Assembly (NCBI GenBank): GCA_951406725.2
Contig: OX597820.1
Span: 47,244,001 to 47,308,000, forward strand
DNA: 64,000 nucleotides
Direction of reading: 5' to 3'
Origin: Octopus vulgaris
Lineage: Eukaryota
Numbering within the stretch: the stretch's first letter is position 1; each line of letters begins with the position of its first letter. Made by a program: the position numbers and the translations under genes. This document shows positions 51,501 through 63,045 of this stretch, one piece after another. The notes beneath the pieces were generated by a model. The model was not told the DNA's origin, made no database searches, and saw nothing but the letters and a program-made list of their open reading frames with translations.

Positions 51501-54500
51501 CTCGTCTGGCACCTGTGCCAGTGGCACATAAAAAGCACCCACTACACTCTCAGAGTGGTTGGCGTTAGGAAGGGTATCCAGTTGTAGAAACATTGTTAAA
51601 TCAGACTGGGCCTGGTGCAGCCTTCTGGCTTCCCAGGCCCCAGTTGAACCGTCTAACCCATGCTAGCATGGAAAGCGGACGCTAAACGATGTCACGAAAC
51701 GATGACAGCAGCAAGCAAAGATGTAGAATGCCAACATTTGGACTAATACATACACACAAGCTTCAAGACATTTTCAACCTACATGTTTTACACATAACTT
51801 GGTCAGCTTCAAGATGAAGATACTCGTCCGGGGTGTCACAGAGACGAAATTCAAAACAATGCGATTACAAAGAAAAATCCATACAAACACACGAGAAAAC
51901 TGTATAGCCACCTAAAATGAAGGGACAGTGAATGGATAGAAAGATGTGAAGGAAACAAAACCAAAGACTATATGAATCTGTAACTGGCAAACATTTAATA
52001 CTCACCCCTTGTTTTCGCCATTTTCCATTGGATAATGTTCGGTTCTGATCTTGCCAAAGCGTTGGAAAACCTTTCTGATAACATTCTGTAGTTTCTCAAA
52101 CTTCTCAGGGCCGACAATTGGAACATTGTCAACAACAACAACAGAATCAAAGCCATCATATTCTGTTGGTTTTTCCTTCAGCAGGTCTCCAATTAGTTCT
52201 GAGATAAGAATAAAAAAAACAACACATTTAGATGAATGAAGAAAAAATTTTAAGACCCAATAATATTTTATCTAAATTAGTTTTAGCTGCTATACTAAAT
52301 CAGTACAGGTAGAAATCAATAAATGCATTGAACTTGTCAAAATTCTTGATGCTGATATACTTTTAAAAAGAGCTGCTGGTTCCAGGATTAATTTCATTTT
52401 ATATAACATGGACATGTGATTACAAATTTCACTTCAGAAAGTAGTTCCACATCCAGTCCTATTGAATGGCACTTTAAGCAAGGCTCTTCTGCTGTGGCCT
52501 TTGATAAACCAATGCGTCACATAGAACTTGGTAGACAAAAACTGCAAAAGCCTGTTCATTATCGTCATTTTAATGCAATGTTTCTCAAACTTTTTTGTCC
52601 CACAATGCACAGCTATTAACAAAAAAAAAAACAAAAAAAAAGAGACAGCACACATATTTATTAGAAGCTTTAACGAAAACTTTATCTCAAGTTGTATTCA
52701 CTTGTTACTTACACCCTATTCTGAAGTAACCTACACTACACCAAAATATTGCAAAGCCCCACCCAGTTTGAGGAATACTTTATTTTAACAACGTTTTTCA
52801 TGCGGGCACAAGTTGGACTATACTTTTTGATACAATATTTTATGGCTAGATGCTCTTCCTGACACCAATCCTTACTTGTTTTTCAATTAAGAGATTTTTT
52901 TTATTCCACTGGTCATCACAGGTTAAACTATATTGTTTACTGGAGAATATTTGCAAACACACTATGGGCTTCTGTATAGTTTCAATTTACAGTTTCACTC
53001 CTAAGTTTATTGGTTATCTTGAGCCTAAAGAAGACACTTAGCCATGATACTAGGACTTGGAATAGGCCAAGTGGTTACAAAGTGAATTTCATTACCACAC
53101 AGCTATGCCTGTACCTGTGTGCATATGCCCTAATTATGTGTAACCAATGTTTTAGATTAAATAGGTTGTACCTGTACATATAATGGTTGGCATCAGCCAT
53201 AAAACACTGCTTCCAAAAAGGCATAGTGGTTGAGTTCCTTTCGAGTGCCTCATGGAAGCAATGACCAAGACCTTTGGCATTATGTTGTGCTTAAGAAGAC
53301 TTATCAAGCTGAACAAAATCGCAGTTGTGGCAGATACTGGTGTCATGCAAATGGTACCTGTAATGGTGGCATGTAAAAGAACTCATTACACTCTCAGAGT
53401 GGTTGGCATTAGGAAGGGCATCCAACCATAGAATGCCAAATCAGACTGCAGCCTGTTGCAGCCTTCCAGGATGTCAGTCCAGTCAAACTGTCCAACCCAT
53501 GCCAGCATGGCAACAGACGTATGATGATGATGAATTACTGAAGAACTGTCTTGAGCAGCTGTTCTAGGAAGCTGATGGTAACAGTTCTGCTTGAAATGAA
53601 ACAATAAAACAGTGATTACAGAGTAAGATGTCAAGAGATGTGATTCACTGAACACCAGCTTGCAAGAGGGAAGGCTAAATACTTAAAGTGAATCTGGTGC
53701 AGATCAATCAGCACTAGTTGAGCTGATTGGGAGGAGATTGACCTAAGACAAGATTTAACTTATTTATAAGGAGTGAGAAAGTGGAGGTTATTAGCTATGG
53801 TCTTTTTGAAGATATACTTGTGTCATACAAGAGAAAGAGGATTAAAAAACAAGTCAGTAAAGAAACCTCTACATCATTGGAGAGCTACGAGAAATAACTC
53901 TCAACAAACTATATTCTACTACCTAACTTCCAAAAGGACAGATAATGGTAAACACACTATAAAAGATAGAACGGTCAGAGAATGTCTGATCAAAAAACAG
54001 TTGAGAATCATCATCCTAGGCACTTTATATCTTAGGAAGAAAAAGTTCTCAACTGGAATGTCAGATTGTGACATTCCTTTGACATTAAGGGCATTCAGTC
54101 ACAAAAACCATGCCAAAGCTGATGTGAGAGATTAATGCAACCATGAGGTTCATTGGTTTCTCTCAAACTGTCCAACTCATACCAGCATGGAAAATTGACA
54201 TTAAATAAAAATGATGATTCTGTTCTAAAGGACCTTTGTTTTGACACACAAAAAAAGCCACTTGCAAACAAGTGAGACCTGGGAGCAGGTATCATGCTTT
54301 CACTAATAATTTTAGATGCCTATTTAGTAGTGAGCAGACATAGGTCCAACCCATGACCCAGCAGAACATTGAAGGAGAAAAGGCTGCACCAGATTAGAGC
54401 AACATGAAATGAAATGCCTTGCTCAAAGATACAAGACACCACCTAATCATGAAATTGAACCTACAACCTAATGACTGTGAGCCTTAATACCTTAACTACT

Positions 54501-57123
54501 CAACCACACAAAAAACCTTCAAAGACTGTAGTGAACAAATTTAAAAAACTAGTCAACCTAGATTGGCAAAAACCTAAACACAGATTTGAATAAAAGTAAT
54601 TTACTGTTGTCAATGAACCCAAAATTGGAAGCTCTGTTCAGACAGATCTATCTTGAAAGATGTTCCAGTTATGGCCATTCTATCTTATTTCCAGGCAGTT
54701 TAACCAAAATTTGCACTATCCACCGAGTCGCACCTCTTCAAGATGGTTGGGTGTGGTGTTTGAGGATAATTTGGATGCTATTTCGAGCAAGCCCAGCAAC
54801 CACTTAGAGAATGAGGAAGAATAAGAAATAAGTGAATGTGAGCTTGAATAAACTTACATGGAATGGACAAACAGAAGATATAGTGAGGTGTTTATAGGGG
54901 TAGCTGCTTAGTTGATATGTTGCAACCATAGCATTATATTACTCTGGTAGTAAAGCTGAGATTACATCTATCATAAAATTATAAAATTCTTAAACTAAAC
55001 AATAATGGCTAACTGCTTCCCTCTGCTCACAAAGAAAGAAAGAAAAATCCCAAGCTAGTGCTTACATCCAATTTCATGGAAATATGCCATCTCAGGTAAT
55101 GATGATCTAGTACATATTTCTCTCAACAGTGTTTCCCAAGGTGTGTGTGTGGTACATGACCTACTTGTAGGACATGGGAATATTTTGGTGGGGTGTAGGA
55201 CTGCAGAATAAGGTGAAAAGTGACATGCATATAATACTTGCAATAAATTCATAAATAATAAAACTTATTTTTAATTGATATATTTGTTTCACAAAAAAAA
55301 AAAATGAAACTTTGTCTCATGATGAGTTCCAAAACGATGTGAAACTACTTATGATCAAACTTTCAGCTTTAGTTTAAAAAGAAGAAAAAAACCCAACAAA
55401 AAACGCCATATATTCTACATGTACCAAGCACTCCTTTCTCATTTGTCTGACAAAGCAATGTGTGTTTATGTGTGTATATGTATATATATATAAATATATA
55501 GACACACACACACACTGACTATTCATGGTGGGGTGCATCATTTTTGCAAAAATTGAAGAGAGACACTGATTGAAAAGCAATAAATACTGTCAGCTCACAA
55601 CACAGTTTAGTTCCTTAACAATTTGTATTACATACTAGTCTTAGAAAAATGGTAAATTAGAACTAAAAAATATCCAGTTTGAAATGGCAGTGCCACTGAA
55701 TAAAACTAAGGTTCCAGGATGACTATACCACCAGGTAATTGCCTCCTAAAAAAGTTTAAGTAGGCCAGAGCAGTGGGCCTGAAGAAAATGTTAAGGAGAT
55801 GGGGAGTTGTCCTGGAATCCCTAAATAGTTGTTGGCATGAACAGCGAAGGCTAGATTAGAGGAGTCACTGAACAAGAAATGCAGGTGACACAGATCAATC
55901 TATCTATACACGAAAATATATGTGAGTCTGAGGCATTAAACAAAAAGTGGCACAGAATACATAATGAAACAAAGGCTGAAAAATATTTGCCAGAAATAAC
56001 CAAAATCTACATTTTACCTTTAAAAAAAAAAAAAAAAAAAAGAAAAGAAAGAAAGAGAGAGATAGAGAAACAACAAAGCAATCACTAAATATACCACTGA
56101 ACAAAGCAGAAGTATTTTCACACTGACATGACATGCTGAAATAATTGTCAGCCTAATGAAAACAAGTTAATTCACAAATAAACTCTATACATACAACTTG
56201 GTACTACAGAACAAAAGTAAAAGTTGAAGAGAGTAGTTTCAGCCAAGGACTGCCCCCCCCCCACACACTCTCACCACTTATACACACAAAAGAATTCAGA
56301 TACAACAAGAGAAAATTAACATATGGCACAAGTCAAATGAGATATCTATGCATCTCCACCAAAGGTGAAGAGATCTTTTTACTCCCCAGCACTCGAATTT
56401 GAAACGATTAGGTTTTAGACGTGAGGGGGGGGGGGTAAAGAAAAAAAAAAAACCAAACTAACTTTAGACCATAAGACAAAAAACAATTTAATATAATTGC
56501 ACATGTTTGAAAATATAATGAGTCGGTATTTTTCTCAATAACATATACAACACAAATTACACACTTTCAATGTTGAAAAGATTCCCTGTCACAGACCTAC
56601 ATGGTTGCTTGACATGCTAGAAATACCATTCAAATCTTCTTCAAAGCATACCTTGCTGTCTTAATGCATTAGACAATACAGTACCTGATAAGACAGGGTG
56701 GCTTCGACTAGAATGCATTTGATGTTTGGTTTGTTTTTGACAAGAGGCTAAACAGTATAACATATGGCATTGAAATACACTATTTTTCTCAATGAAGAAT
56801 TTAGTGAAATAACTTTTATCAGTATTTGGAACATAAATATTTTGATGGAAGGTTTTATATCAGAACACTTGAATAAAGAAAAGTTTGTATTATGGAACCA
56901 GGAGTGGCCTGGCCTAAGTCAATCATAAGTAACAAATTAGGAGCAAAAGCCAAAAATTCAGCTACATAAGTTTGAACTGGACTGACCTTCAGATGGACAG
57001 GTAAACCAGAATTTATTTGTTACCAGACATATGGTTAGCCTTACAACATAACAGAACCTCAATATAACTGTCTGCTCTGCTAGAAATAGCAGACTTATAC
57101 ATACATATCTGTGCATTTCTTTT

Positions 57124-57169
<46 letters not shown>

Positions 57170-60100
57170 GTGGAGTACCCCTCGTTAAGTAATTATTACT
57201 TCCCAAGTTCTGCTAGTTAGAAATCCTCAAGGCAACACCTGCTTAGTAAGCAAGAGAGAAGCAGGTGTAGATGTGAAGCTATATACATGAATAAATATAA
57301 CACCTTTGTGACATGGCCAAGTAGTTTCAACGCTTACGAAACTAGAAACAGCAGGTGGAAATGAGAGAAATTTAAACATCGCGTTGTGGTTCTTTCTGTA
57401 ATGGCCGGTTAAAATTATATAAAAAACTGAATTATCGAGAGAAGCGAAAACAAGAAGATAAAAGCACATTTATATCAGAAATCAGAGTGCACATTAATAT
57501 TTAAATTGTTAAGTTTGAAGTAGGGTTAGGGTAACTGCGACTTGACATATGTTAGCCTTACGAGTCAACGACAAAACTTCAATATGATCGCTTGTCCTAT
57601 AAGAAATAGCAGCTAAATCTCCATCAAATTATACACACACACAAAAAAAAAAAACCTGGATAAAATGATGGGCTGTGTAGTCGTTCTCAGAACGAAGTCA
57701 TTTAGTATGTCCTGTAACACACGAGTGTCGGTTACATTAATTACTGTCCACCTCTCTAGTCACACTGGTCATTAATTATGAGACCATGCGATGACCACAC
57801 CACATAGCCCTCTTCTAAATTTCTCCCCACTACCATTAACGGTCACAACATCCCTACTTCTGCTGATGGTGACACCATATGCCAATTGTAACTGCTAGTT
57901 GGTTAAAGTTATCAAACTGTACGAAATCAGGTGTAAAACATTCTACACTCACAAATAAATCTTTTTACTCAAGTGACCACTAGGATAAACTAAACAGGAT
58001 TAATTACAGTTTCATGGTACATTTTATAGACATAAAACAACACTAGGAATTTTGCAGATATTTGAGGATTCCACACGTTTTAACTCCACGAAGCCATCGC
58101 TTCAGTCCGTGATTACTAAGACTAATGAATTTGACTTACCCTTTTACAGTATATTTTATAAACAATTATAAACACTTTAGAATCTTTGTGGATATTAGAA
58201 GAATCCGGCACGTCGTTTCTAAACGATCTCTTGTCTTGCATAGGAGGTTATGTACGTATTCGACAACCTTACCCAATCAATTTTATAATCAACCACGCAT
58301 AGCAGTTACAAGTAGCCGATATAGCGAAAATGAGTCAATGAGAAGGCCACAGAAGAGCGACAAAAATTTGATGCTTCACAAAAGACTCTATTATTGAAGA
58401 ATAAGTGACATGTGAACACAATAGCTTTTGTGTGTTCTTATATACCTAACGTGGCTCTTCTAGGATGTAAATGTTTCAAATCAAATCACTTGTCGAACTA
58501 GTACAATTCCAAAACATACAATAATAATAAATTTCTACTTTTAGTTGAAGATCGGCAATTTTTGAGGGACGGGGGAAGTCGATTAGATCGCCCCAAGTAC
58601 TCGGTTTTAGTTGAAGGCGAGATAAGAGTCGATGGTCTGTTAAACGAAGCCTATCACCATCGTAAGAGTTAACCTTCGAGGAACTATAAAGCCCAGGGAA
58701 TAAAAAGGTTCAATGTTAAGAAATGCCCTCAACATTCGGTCTCCTGGACCTGCCCGTAATCTATCATGGATGGTTAAATTTCAGTGCTACTATGCCTAAA
58801 TAGGTTGATATGCTGGCAGTTGAGAGTGAAATATTTTGCAGGGAGCACCAGTGATGACAGAGTTGGATTCTAATCTTTAACGTAGAGATTATTTTATATC
58901 CAAATCAAGACTAAGAGGTATCAGACATAAGCCGCTAAAAATTACGAAGGTACCACCTTACCTTTCACAAGTTGGTCGAGGAGAGCCAGCCGTGTACAAC
59001 ATTAACAGGTTAGCTAGTACGTCAGGACTCAAGAAATATCAACGATCCCCTTACAGTATTAGATTGAGGTGGTAGCTACCATGGTAAACCATTTCACATA
59101 CTGATTTCTACAAGAAGGCTTTCGACCAGTGCAGCTATATACACACACACGAGCCACTGAGGGAGCTTTTGACTAAGTTGTTCGCCTTCTAGAAATAGTA
59201 GTTAATTCTTCTACAAATCTCACATTACTACTTCAAAATAGATAATGTGTGTTAATAGATTCTTTTATAATAGAAACTAACTTCAGAGTGATTTCCTTAA
59301 AGAATGGCAAACGACTATCTTTAGAGGGAGCGTAGAGTCAATTGAATCAATACCCTCAATATATTATTGATACTTTATTAGATTAACAAAGGTACCATGC
59401 TTAGAATATTGACGCCGAAAGATAGTTTCACTGTATTAGAAACTGACGCATTTATAATCTACTTGCATATTTTTTTTTTTTCAATCCCAGGATTTGAACT
59501 CAGATCGTAAATAAACGCAAGGAATCCAGTCCATTCACCACCTTTTTATGATGGTTTCAAGTAAAAGCGTAACGAATAAAATAGGCAGCGACACGTGATG
59601 TGAATTTCACAAGAATGGACACAACTTAGACGGAGCACCCATAGTTTACAGAATCATTTACAGGACATCACTGGTACTTAATGTAGTTCATTTCTCTCTC
59701 GTAACTCGAAGACCAGTTTTGAGCCGAATATATTCTGTTGAGTCTGCTTCTTCCAAGCCACATGCAGACACTTGTCGCCTGCCATGAAAACCAGCTGACA
59801 TGTAGACAATGTTGGAAGGAAGTGAGACATTCTAGTCCAACCATTCCAGAAGTATACTGAACATACACACACATAGATATATATATGTATATATCCCAAT
59901 ACATATATATATATATACACGGATGAATACAGAATATAAATCCAACCTTGAGTATATAAATAAATACATATGATATACTTTTAAGATAAACGAAATAGAC
60001 ATATATGTATAAAATATGGAGGGAAAGAGAGACTAGGGGAGGGGGAAAGAGAGACTAGGGGAGGGGAAAAGAGAGAGTTGAGAGACTAAGTGATAAAGAA

Positions 60101-60371
60101 AAAGAAATGAGGAGACGGTAGAGAAGTGAAAGTGAGGGGGAGTGCGACGGAACTCATCCCACTCCTCCCGCCATTGCAACAAGCCGGAGTGGGAGACAGG
60201 ATGGGGAAAATAACTACAGATATCACCTTCTTCTGTAATGTCATCTACAAATCCCTCCGGGTCACTGAAATTAGGTTCTTCTTCGGCATCATCTTCGATA
60301 CCGTTCTGCAAAGTTTTCTCTGCCTTTTTCTTATTTTTCTTCAATTCCGAACCATCGTTGTCGGCCGCCAT
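29096..60371 (-). CDS. EIF3B: Eukaryotic translation initiation factor 3 subunit B, spliced gene: complement(join(29096..29190,29469..29577,30291..30494,30682..30820,33014..33092,34481..34603,35894..35966,36638..36878,38449..38495,39337..39403,41279..41410,42644..42801,43445..43576,44882..44939,49628..49747,52006..52198,60227..60371)); 704 aa
   Basis: Manual splicing gives 17 exons, all with GT donors and AG acceptors and consistent phases, totalling 2115 nt with no internal stop. The protein has the eIF3b [16 protein letters not shown] segment, an RRM ([11 protein letters not shown] ... KGYVFLEY), beta-propeller repeats ([56 protein letters not shown]) and the C-terminal WRPRP/helical region. 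Confidence 0.97.
29469..29577 (-). CDS. EIF3B: eIF3b exon 16 ([17 protein letters not shown]...TLRD)
   Basis: Acceptor ttgtag|, donor |gtaagt; 109 nt. Confidence 0.95.
30291..30494 (-). CDS. EIF3B: eIF3b exon 15 ([15 protein letters not shown]...WRPRP...KASK)
   Basis: Acceptor tttcag|, donor AAG|gtttgt; 204 nt. Confidence 0.96.
30682..30820 (-). CDS. EIF3B: eIF3b exon 14 ([12 protein letters not shown]...[21 protein letters not shown])
   Basis: Acceptor ctacag|, donor |gtaagt; 139 nt. Confidence 0.97.
31880..32262 (-). mobile_element. SINE family A in eIF3b intron 13
   Basis: High similarity to the other copies. Confidence 0.9.
32423..32762 (+). mobile_element. Non-autonomous Helitron
   Basis: 5' TC and 3' CTAG termini, inserted between A and T with no TSD; subterminal GC hairpin cccgagcaacgccggg about 8 nt before CTAG. 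Confidence 0.85.
33014..33092 (-). CDS. EIF3B: eIF3b exon 13 ([27 protein letters not shown])
   Basis: Acceptor ccatag|, donor |gttagt; 79 nt; absent from the ORF track, found by reading the sequence. Confidence 0.96.
33797..34439 (-). mobile_element. Head-to-tail cluster of 3 Meta-domain-like SINEs immediately downstream of eIF3b exon 12
   Basis: Same unit as 17040-17965; two further decayed units at about 37245-37630. Confidence 0.8.
34481..34603 (-). CDS. EIF3B: eIF3b exon 12 ([21 protein letters not shown]...KVEAL)
   Basis: Acceptor tttcag|, donor |gtgagt; 123 nt. Confidence 0.96.
35600..35762. mobile_element. pogo/Tc1-like MITE
   Basis: ~27-bp TIRs (acatattttaatgtgtatgagggaccc / gggttccttatacacattaaaatatgg) flanked by TA. 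Confidence 0.75.
35894..35966 (-). CDS. EIF3B: eIF3b exon 11 ([24 protein letters not shown])
   Basis: Acceptor ttccag|, donor G|gtacct; 73 nt. Confidence 0.95.
36093..36560 (-). mobile_element. RTE LINE 3' UTR fragment in eIF3b intron 10
   Basis: Reverse complement aligns by eye with about 15200-15795 (ggtaaccttgtac...caaaagatttttgtcttgcaggttacttggtgaccctgtcagtgcaggtgc). Confidence 0.85.
36638..36878 (-). CDS. EIF3B: eIF3b exon 10 ([17 protein letters not shown]...[27 protein letters not shown]...KYR)
   Basis: Acceptor atttag|, donor |gtaagt; 241 nt. Confidence 0.97.
36960..37243 (+). mobile_element. RTE-tail element family B in eIF3b intron 9
   Basis: Same core and (GAT)n tail. Confidence 0.87.
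37926..38330 (+). mobile_element. SINE family A in eIF3b intron 9
   Basis: caggagtggctgtgcggtaagaagc...gggttcagtccc head, (TA)n centre, gaaacaagtaaaaga tail. Confidence 0.9.
38449..38495 (-). CDS. EIF3B: eIF3b exon 9 ([16 protein letters not shown])
   Basis: Acceptor tttcag|, donor |gtaagc; 47 nt. Confidence 0.95.
39337..39403 (-). CDS. EIF3B: eIF3b exon 8 ([22 protein letters not shown])
   Basis: Acceptor tttcag|, donor |gtaagt; 67 nt. Confidence 0.96.
39932..40145 (+). mobile_element. TTAA (piggyBac-type) MITE, ~215 bp
   Basis: ttaa|ctatttagcattcagatta ... tttaaaagctaaagga; same family as the copies at 1475 and 18925. Confidence 0.75.
41279..41410 (-). CDS. EIF3B: eIF3b exon 7 ([26 protein letters not shown]...WPVFK)
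   Basis: Acceptor ttttag|, donor |gtaagt; 132 nt. Confidence 0.96.
42644..42801 (-). CDS. EIF3B: eIF3b exon 6 ([29 protein letters not shown]...IDFSPCER)
   Basis: Acceptor ttacag|, donor |gtaagt; 158 nt. Confidence 0.97.
43445..43576 (-). CDS. EIF3B: eIF3b exon 5 ([20 protein letters not shown]...EERS)
   Basis: Acceptor ttgcag|, donor |gtaagt; 132 nt. Confidence 0.96.
44390..44746 (+). repeat. Old interspersed repeat with tgctagaaatagcagccaaat core and (AAC)n end, two adjacent copies (related copies at about 11980-12100, 18400-18570, 19720-19900, 28220-28380, 51170-51330, 54640-54810 and 56590-56750)
   Basis: Recurrent motifs ctagaaatagcagc, aaatcacacccta, ggtcatggctggaat and gacctggggttaaac. 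Confidence 0.6.
44882..44939 (-). CDS. EIF3B: eIF3b exon 4 ([19 protein letters not shown])
   Basis: Acceptor ttctag|, donor |gtaaga; 58 nt. Confidence 0.95.
45274..45527. repeat. Compound microsatellite (GAGT)n/(GAG) followed by (GA)n
   Basis: Seen directly in the sequence. Confidence 0.97.
45669..46529 (+). pseudogene. piggyBac (PGBD-like) transposase remnant lacking the DDD core
   Basis: Acidic N-terminus ([12 protein letters not shown]...), [19 protein letters not shown] and LWSYW, joined directly to C-terminal [17 protein letters not shown] and Cys/His-rich [14 protein letters not shown]. Confidence 0.8.
46635..47538 (+). mobile_element. CR1-clade LINE 3' fragment (RT C-terminus) inserted in the piggyBac remnant
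   Basis: [67 protein letters not shown] and WNKLP motifs; (AACT)n tail; frameshifted; CpG-rich. Confidence 0.93.
48356..48530 (+). mobile_element. TTAA-MITE, partial copy
   Basis: cccattagcattcaaattac ... gatctggccgctttaaata. Confidence 0.6.
49628..49747 (-). CDS. EIF3B: eIF3b exon 3 ([18 protein letters not shown]...VNLFSDFIK), RRM RNP1
   Basis: Acceptor tttcag|, donor |gtaagt; 120 nt. Confidence 0.96.
50346..50713 (+). mobile_element. Non-autonomous Helitron with the same 3' end as 32423-32762
   Basis: A|TC ... cctgagcaacgccgggcgatactgCTAG|T. Confidence 0.85.
51480..51690 (+). mobile_element. RTE-tail element family B (other diverged copies at about 5615-5815, 29820-29995, 40598-40873, 43950-44120 and 53290-53532)
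   Basis: Same core sequence. Confidence 0.8.
52006..52198 (-). CDS. EIF3B: eIF3b exon 2 ([11 protein letters not shown]...[18 protein letters not shown]...ENKG), N-terminal half of the RRM
   Basis: Acceptor tctcag|, donor |gtgagt; 193 nt; phase 1 to 2. Confidence 0.96.
60227..60371 (-). CDS. EIF3B: eIF3b coding exon 1 ([12 protein letters not shown]...FVDDITEE)
   Basis: ATG at 60371 in context aacgATGG; donor G|gtgata; phase 1. Confidence 0.93.
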
Positions 60372-60480
60372 CGTTGAAGACCTCGTGTGCTACGAGTCGA
60401 AAGGGCGCACGCGTCAAGCACGCTTCCGGTCCTTAACTTCGTTCGGCTTCGTACAAATCCGTTCGACTCCGATTAAAAGT
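60372..60480 (-). promoter_or_regulatory. eIF3b 5' UTR and core promoter
   Basis: GC/CpG-rich patch directly upstream of the ATG, with an ETS-like ACCGGAAGCG at 60430-60421 and a pyrimidine CCCTTTC (TCT-initiator-like) at 60405-60399. Confidence 0.55.
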
Positions 60481-62849
60481 AAATTTTAAAGAATTTATTA
60501 TTATTCTCATTATTATCAGTCTTTTTTTTCCAATATATTTTGAGTTTATTCACTTAGATCAAAGTTAGGTATGAAATTAAAAAAAAAGTTGTAATCGCTT
60601 TGCTTCAAGTTTAGTTACATCGTGAAAGTACGGAAGACCAAAAGGAAACAAATAATTTTGTAACCTTTCGAAAGTATTGAATAAACTGTAACTAAAAAAA
60701 AAAATCAATGATGATCAGATTTAGACATGATATGGCGTGAACTTTCTATTTATTTCGTTTGGTGCTTATATCTTAATTTTCCTAATTCGATCATTATATT
60801 TTTATCGATTAATAATATGAAAGAATTATAACAAAAACGTTAAGTGAAAACACCTCTGCATTTTGACCCTCGCTATCCTCCGTAAATTACATATATATTG
60901 CATGATTATGCAATGACAGTACGCAGAAGTGACATGTGCTGAGAAGGTATCACTTCGGTTAAACTAATAGTACAGATGAACCAGGAAGTGACTGAAGGTA
61001 AATTATTATATATTCTCTTCCATCTGTCTTTTCATCTTGTATATAAGAAGCGTGTCTGTACCCTACATGTCCTTTGTCTGTCCTTGTAACGTCCCCTCTA
61101 TGTAAACCTTTTTTTATAGGTGAATAAAGAAATATATTATATATTCCCTTACGTTGTGATTGATTTGTAACTTTGAGAGAAGATCCCACGTTTGGGATAG
61201 GGGTATAGTCGATTAAACCGTAATCTTTGGCTGGGACATCGTTTTTTTCTTAGCAAGACGTCGTCCACATGAAAAAAAAAAAAAACAAAAAAAAAACAAC
61301 GTCTAAGAGACTCAATCAAAACAATGAAAGTAACGTATTATGCGCTGCATTGGTCCTTCCACCGCACAGAGGAAAAGTCACGCTGTAGTCAGAGCTTCAC
61401 CTTGTAACTTTGTACCAAGATCGTTTCAGATTGAAACCTACACGAATGGACCCTCCTACACAGAATTGGGCCGGTCAAGAGCTAGTTCGATCCTCCACAA
61501 TAATCTTATATTAACTCCAGTCATCATCAGCAGTTTTATCCTAATTTTAGCAGAAGAAGACAGCACCAAGTGGACAGGTATGTAGTAATTCTCAATGAAC
61601 CAGGTACCCGATAGTCTACGAAAACAGAAGACATTTCACTGCCGCAAAGGCGCTTGTAACAAAGACGGTGCATTCGATCACCATCGCGGGCACTTTTCCT
61701 TTCTAATTATTTGCCGAATGTACACCCAATCTGTATGGGGCACTGGTTTCAACTAAAGTTGTAAAAACTTAACATCCATTTTTCTGAATGTTACGAGGAA
61801 ACAAAGTTGGTGGGGGAACTCACTTGTGGGGGCACTCAAACTGGGGTTGTTATTTAAGGGGAATTAAAGGCGCAAGTGAAGGCCTAAATAAAAATATTTC
61901 TGAATATAATTTCAGAGGGATATTTACGATACTTTTTACTTAAGCAAGCCTCTCTCACTTATTGTGCTGTAATATGTATGATTCTTGGACCGAAATTATT
62001 CACATCACTTTTATTATATAAGAACTTTGAATTTAGCGCTTCACTTTCGTTTTTATCAGTCTGCTATTATAAAAGTGAAAGTGAAGCGCCGAACACCATT
62101 ATTATATATACATATATACCTTTTATCTTAAACTTATTTCGGCCATACTGGGGCACCTCCTTAAGTTTTTTTGTTTTTTTTTAGTTTAATGAATGGACCC
62201 TAGTACTTATTAATTTTGTGTAACAGCTTGGTACTTAAGCATTTCATATTCCGTCGGTCTCTTTCGCCGAACCGCTATCTTACGAGGATGTAAACACACC
62301 AACACCGGTTGTCTGGCGGTGGTGGACAGACTCAAGCACAGACATACACACAGGTCTGCTTAAAATTGGGGCTAGCCTTGGGGTAAACAACGCTAAAATA
62401 TTCCCTCCTTATGTGTGGGCCACCAGTTACATTGGATTGTTTACTTGCTGCGAAACATTAAACTCTTCAATATCTGTATTTTATGTTTTCTGTCTGCAAT
62501 TTACTCTAGTGTCACCTATGTTGTTACCTTTATATCTTATATATATATTTGTATGTCTAACTGTCTGTCTGGCTTTCTATTACTATTCGCTCTTTCGTTG
62601 TGTGCGTGTTTGTGCATGTGCATTTAAAATATATATGTAAAACAAAAGTGATTTTCAACGTAGCATGTTATAAATGCTGGATCTTTACTTTAAATCCTAA
62701 ATGCTTTCAGTTTGTTTTACACTTTATTCAAATCGGGTACCTTATTATATAACAAAGACTACTGCTGCTACTACTGTGTGTGTCTGTGTTTGTGATCCCC
62801 AACATCGCTTGACTATATATATATATGTGTGTGTGTATATGTTTGTGTG

Positions 62850-63045
62850 TCTGTGTTTGTCCCCTGTAACATCGCTTGACAACCGATGGTGGTGTATTTA
62901 CGTCCCTGTAACTTAGCGGTTCGGCAAAAGAGACCAATAGAATAAGTACTAAGCTTCCAAAGAAGTCCTGGGGTCGATTTGCTCGACTAAAAGAAGGTGG
63001 TGCTCCAGCATGGCTGCAGTCAAATGACTGAAACAAGTAAAAGAG
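62850..63045 (+). mobile_element. SINE family A 3' half (further partial copies at about 7415-7555, 12960-13142, 30935-31100, 39636-39775 and 62140-62350)
   Basis: catcgcttgacaaccgatg...gaaacaagtaaaagag. Confidence 0.85.

Noticed and set aside
57521-57533. Telomeric TTAGGG repeats
   Set aside because: Only about two units, which is expected by chance
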